From: Octopus sinensis
Taxonomy: Eukaryota
Assembly: GCF_006345805.1 (NCBI RefSeq)
Contig: NC_043004.1
Coordinates: 79,732,001-79,796,000 of the forward strand
Reading direction: 5' to 3'
DNA: 64,000 bases
Of the stretch, positions 63,371 to 64,000 are shown piece after piece. The translations under genes were made by a program, and so were the position numbers. The notes beneath the pieces were generated by a model. That model ran no database searches. It was not told the origin of the DNA and saw only the letters and a program-made list of their open reading frames with translations. Position 1 is the stretch's first letter; every line of letters starts with the position of its first letter.

Positions 63371-63818
63371 AGTGACGTTAGCGACATCTGTTCCGGAACA
63401 CTTTCTCTCGTCGTTCACTCCGATCTCTTTTTCTCTCAAGAAAAAAATAATAAATAAAATACAGAAAAGGCGGGACTGTCAACACTGGAATGTCGTTGCT
63501 TATTTTATTATATATACTCCTAGGCCAGATTTGAGAGAACATACCTATAATGATCAAAGGATGTTCTAGCCAGGACTTCGAGTGAACAGACTTGTTTAAT
63601 CAACATTGCTCCATCTATGACCATCACGGTGCATTTTTAAAGAAGGTAGGAAGCAATAATAATGGGGATGCTGGCTGTTATTTCTTGCAGACTGAGTGCC
63701 TATACAGGGGCGCATCTTCTTTGTTAATCGTCAGTGAACCGACCACACCACACATTCCAGCTACTAAAGGCGTGTTTATACAATTCCTTCTCTCTCTCTA
63801 TCTCCAATTTATATACAC

Positions 63819-63874
<56 letters not shown>

Positions 63875-64000
63875 TTCTATTTTTCTTTATCACTCTTTCT
63901 ATTTTATATACATCGCTTCCTCATTCTCTCCCCCTCTCTCTCCTTCTCTACAATTTATATACACCTTTCTTTCTCTCTTTACTTTCTCTCTCTCTCTCCT

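Overview
Eukaryotic, repeat-rich genomic DNA, almost certainly octopus (inferred from tRNA-derived SINE families resembling the described octopus OK/OR types, dense microsatellites and a lophotrochozoan-like myosin). Bases 1-16.3 kb carry ten internal coding exons of unconventional myosin-VIIa on the minus strand. All ten are GT-AG bounded and phase-compatible (1861 nt), covering MyTH4-1, FERM-1 and the start of SH3. Three of them (14292-14378, 13027-13125, 1094-1266) are absent from the ORF track. No upstream MYO7A exon (SAH/IQ/motor) was recognised in the remaining ~47 kb, which includes a 100-N scaffold gap at 22900-22999 across which CpG decay changes sharply. Mobile DNA: a decayed hAT transposon (18.8-22.6 kb), a 5'-truncated CR1/L2-like LINE (29.3-31.8 kb), a decayed Penelope-like element with GIY-YIG (37.7-38.9 kb), non-autonomous Helitrons, several MITEs, many SINEs in at least five families (labelled A, B, C, D, F here; my own labels) and SINE-derived tandem arrays. 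The most notable observation is a set of hammerhead ribozyme motifs at Penelope-like ends. One is a complete type I hammerhead in sense orientation in a MYO7A intron, embedded in a perfect 64-bp-arm hairpin whose antisense arm is transcribed first. Most other ORFs in the track are microsatellite artefacts. All analysis was by eye; no database searches were run.
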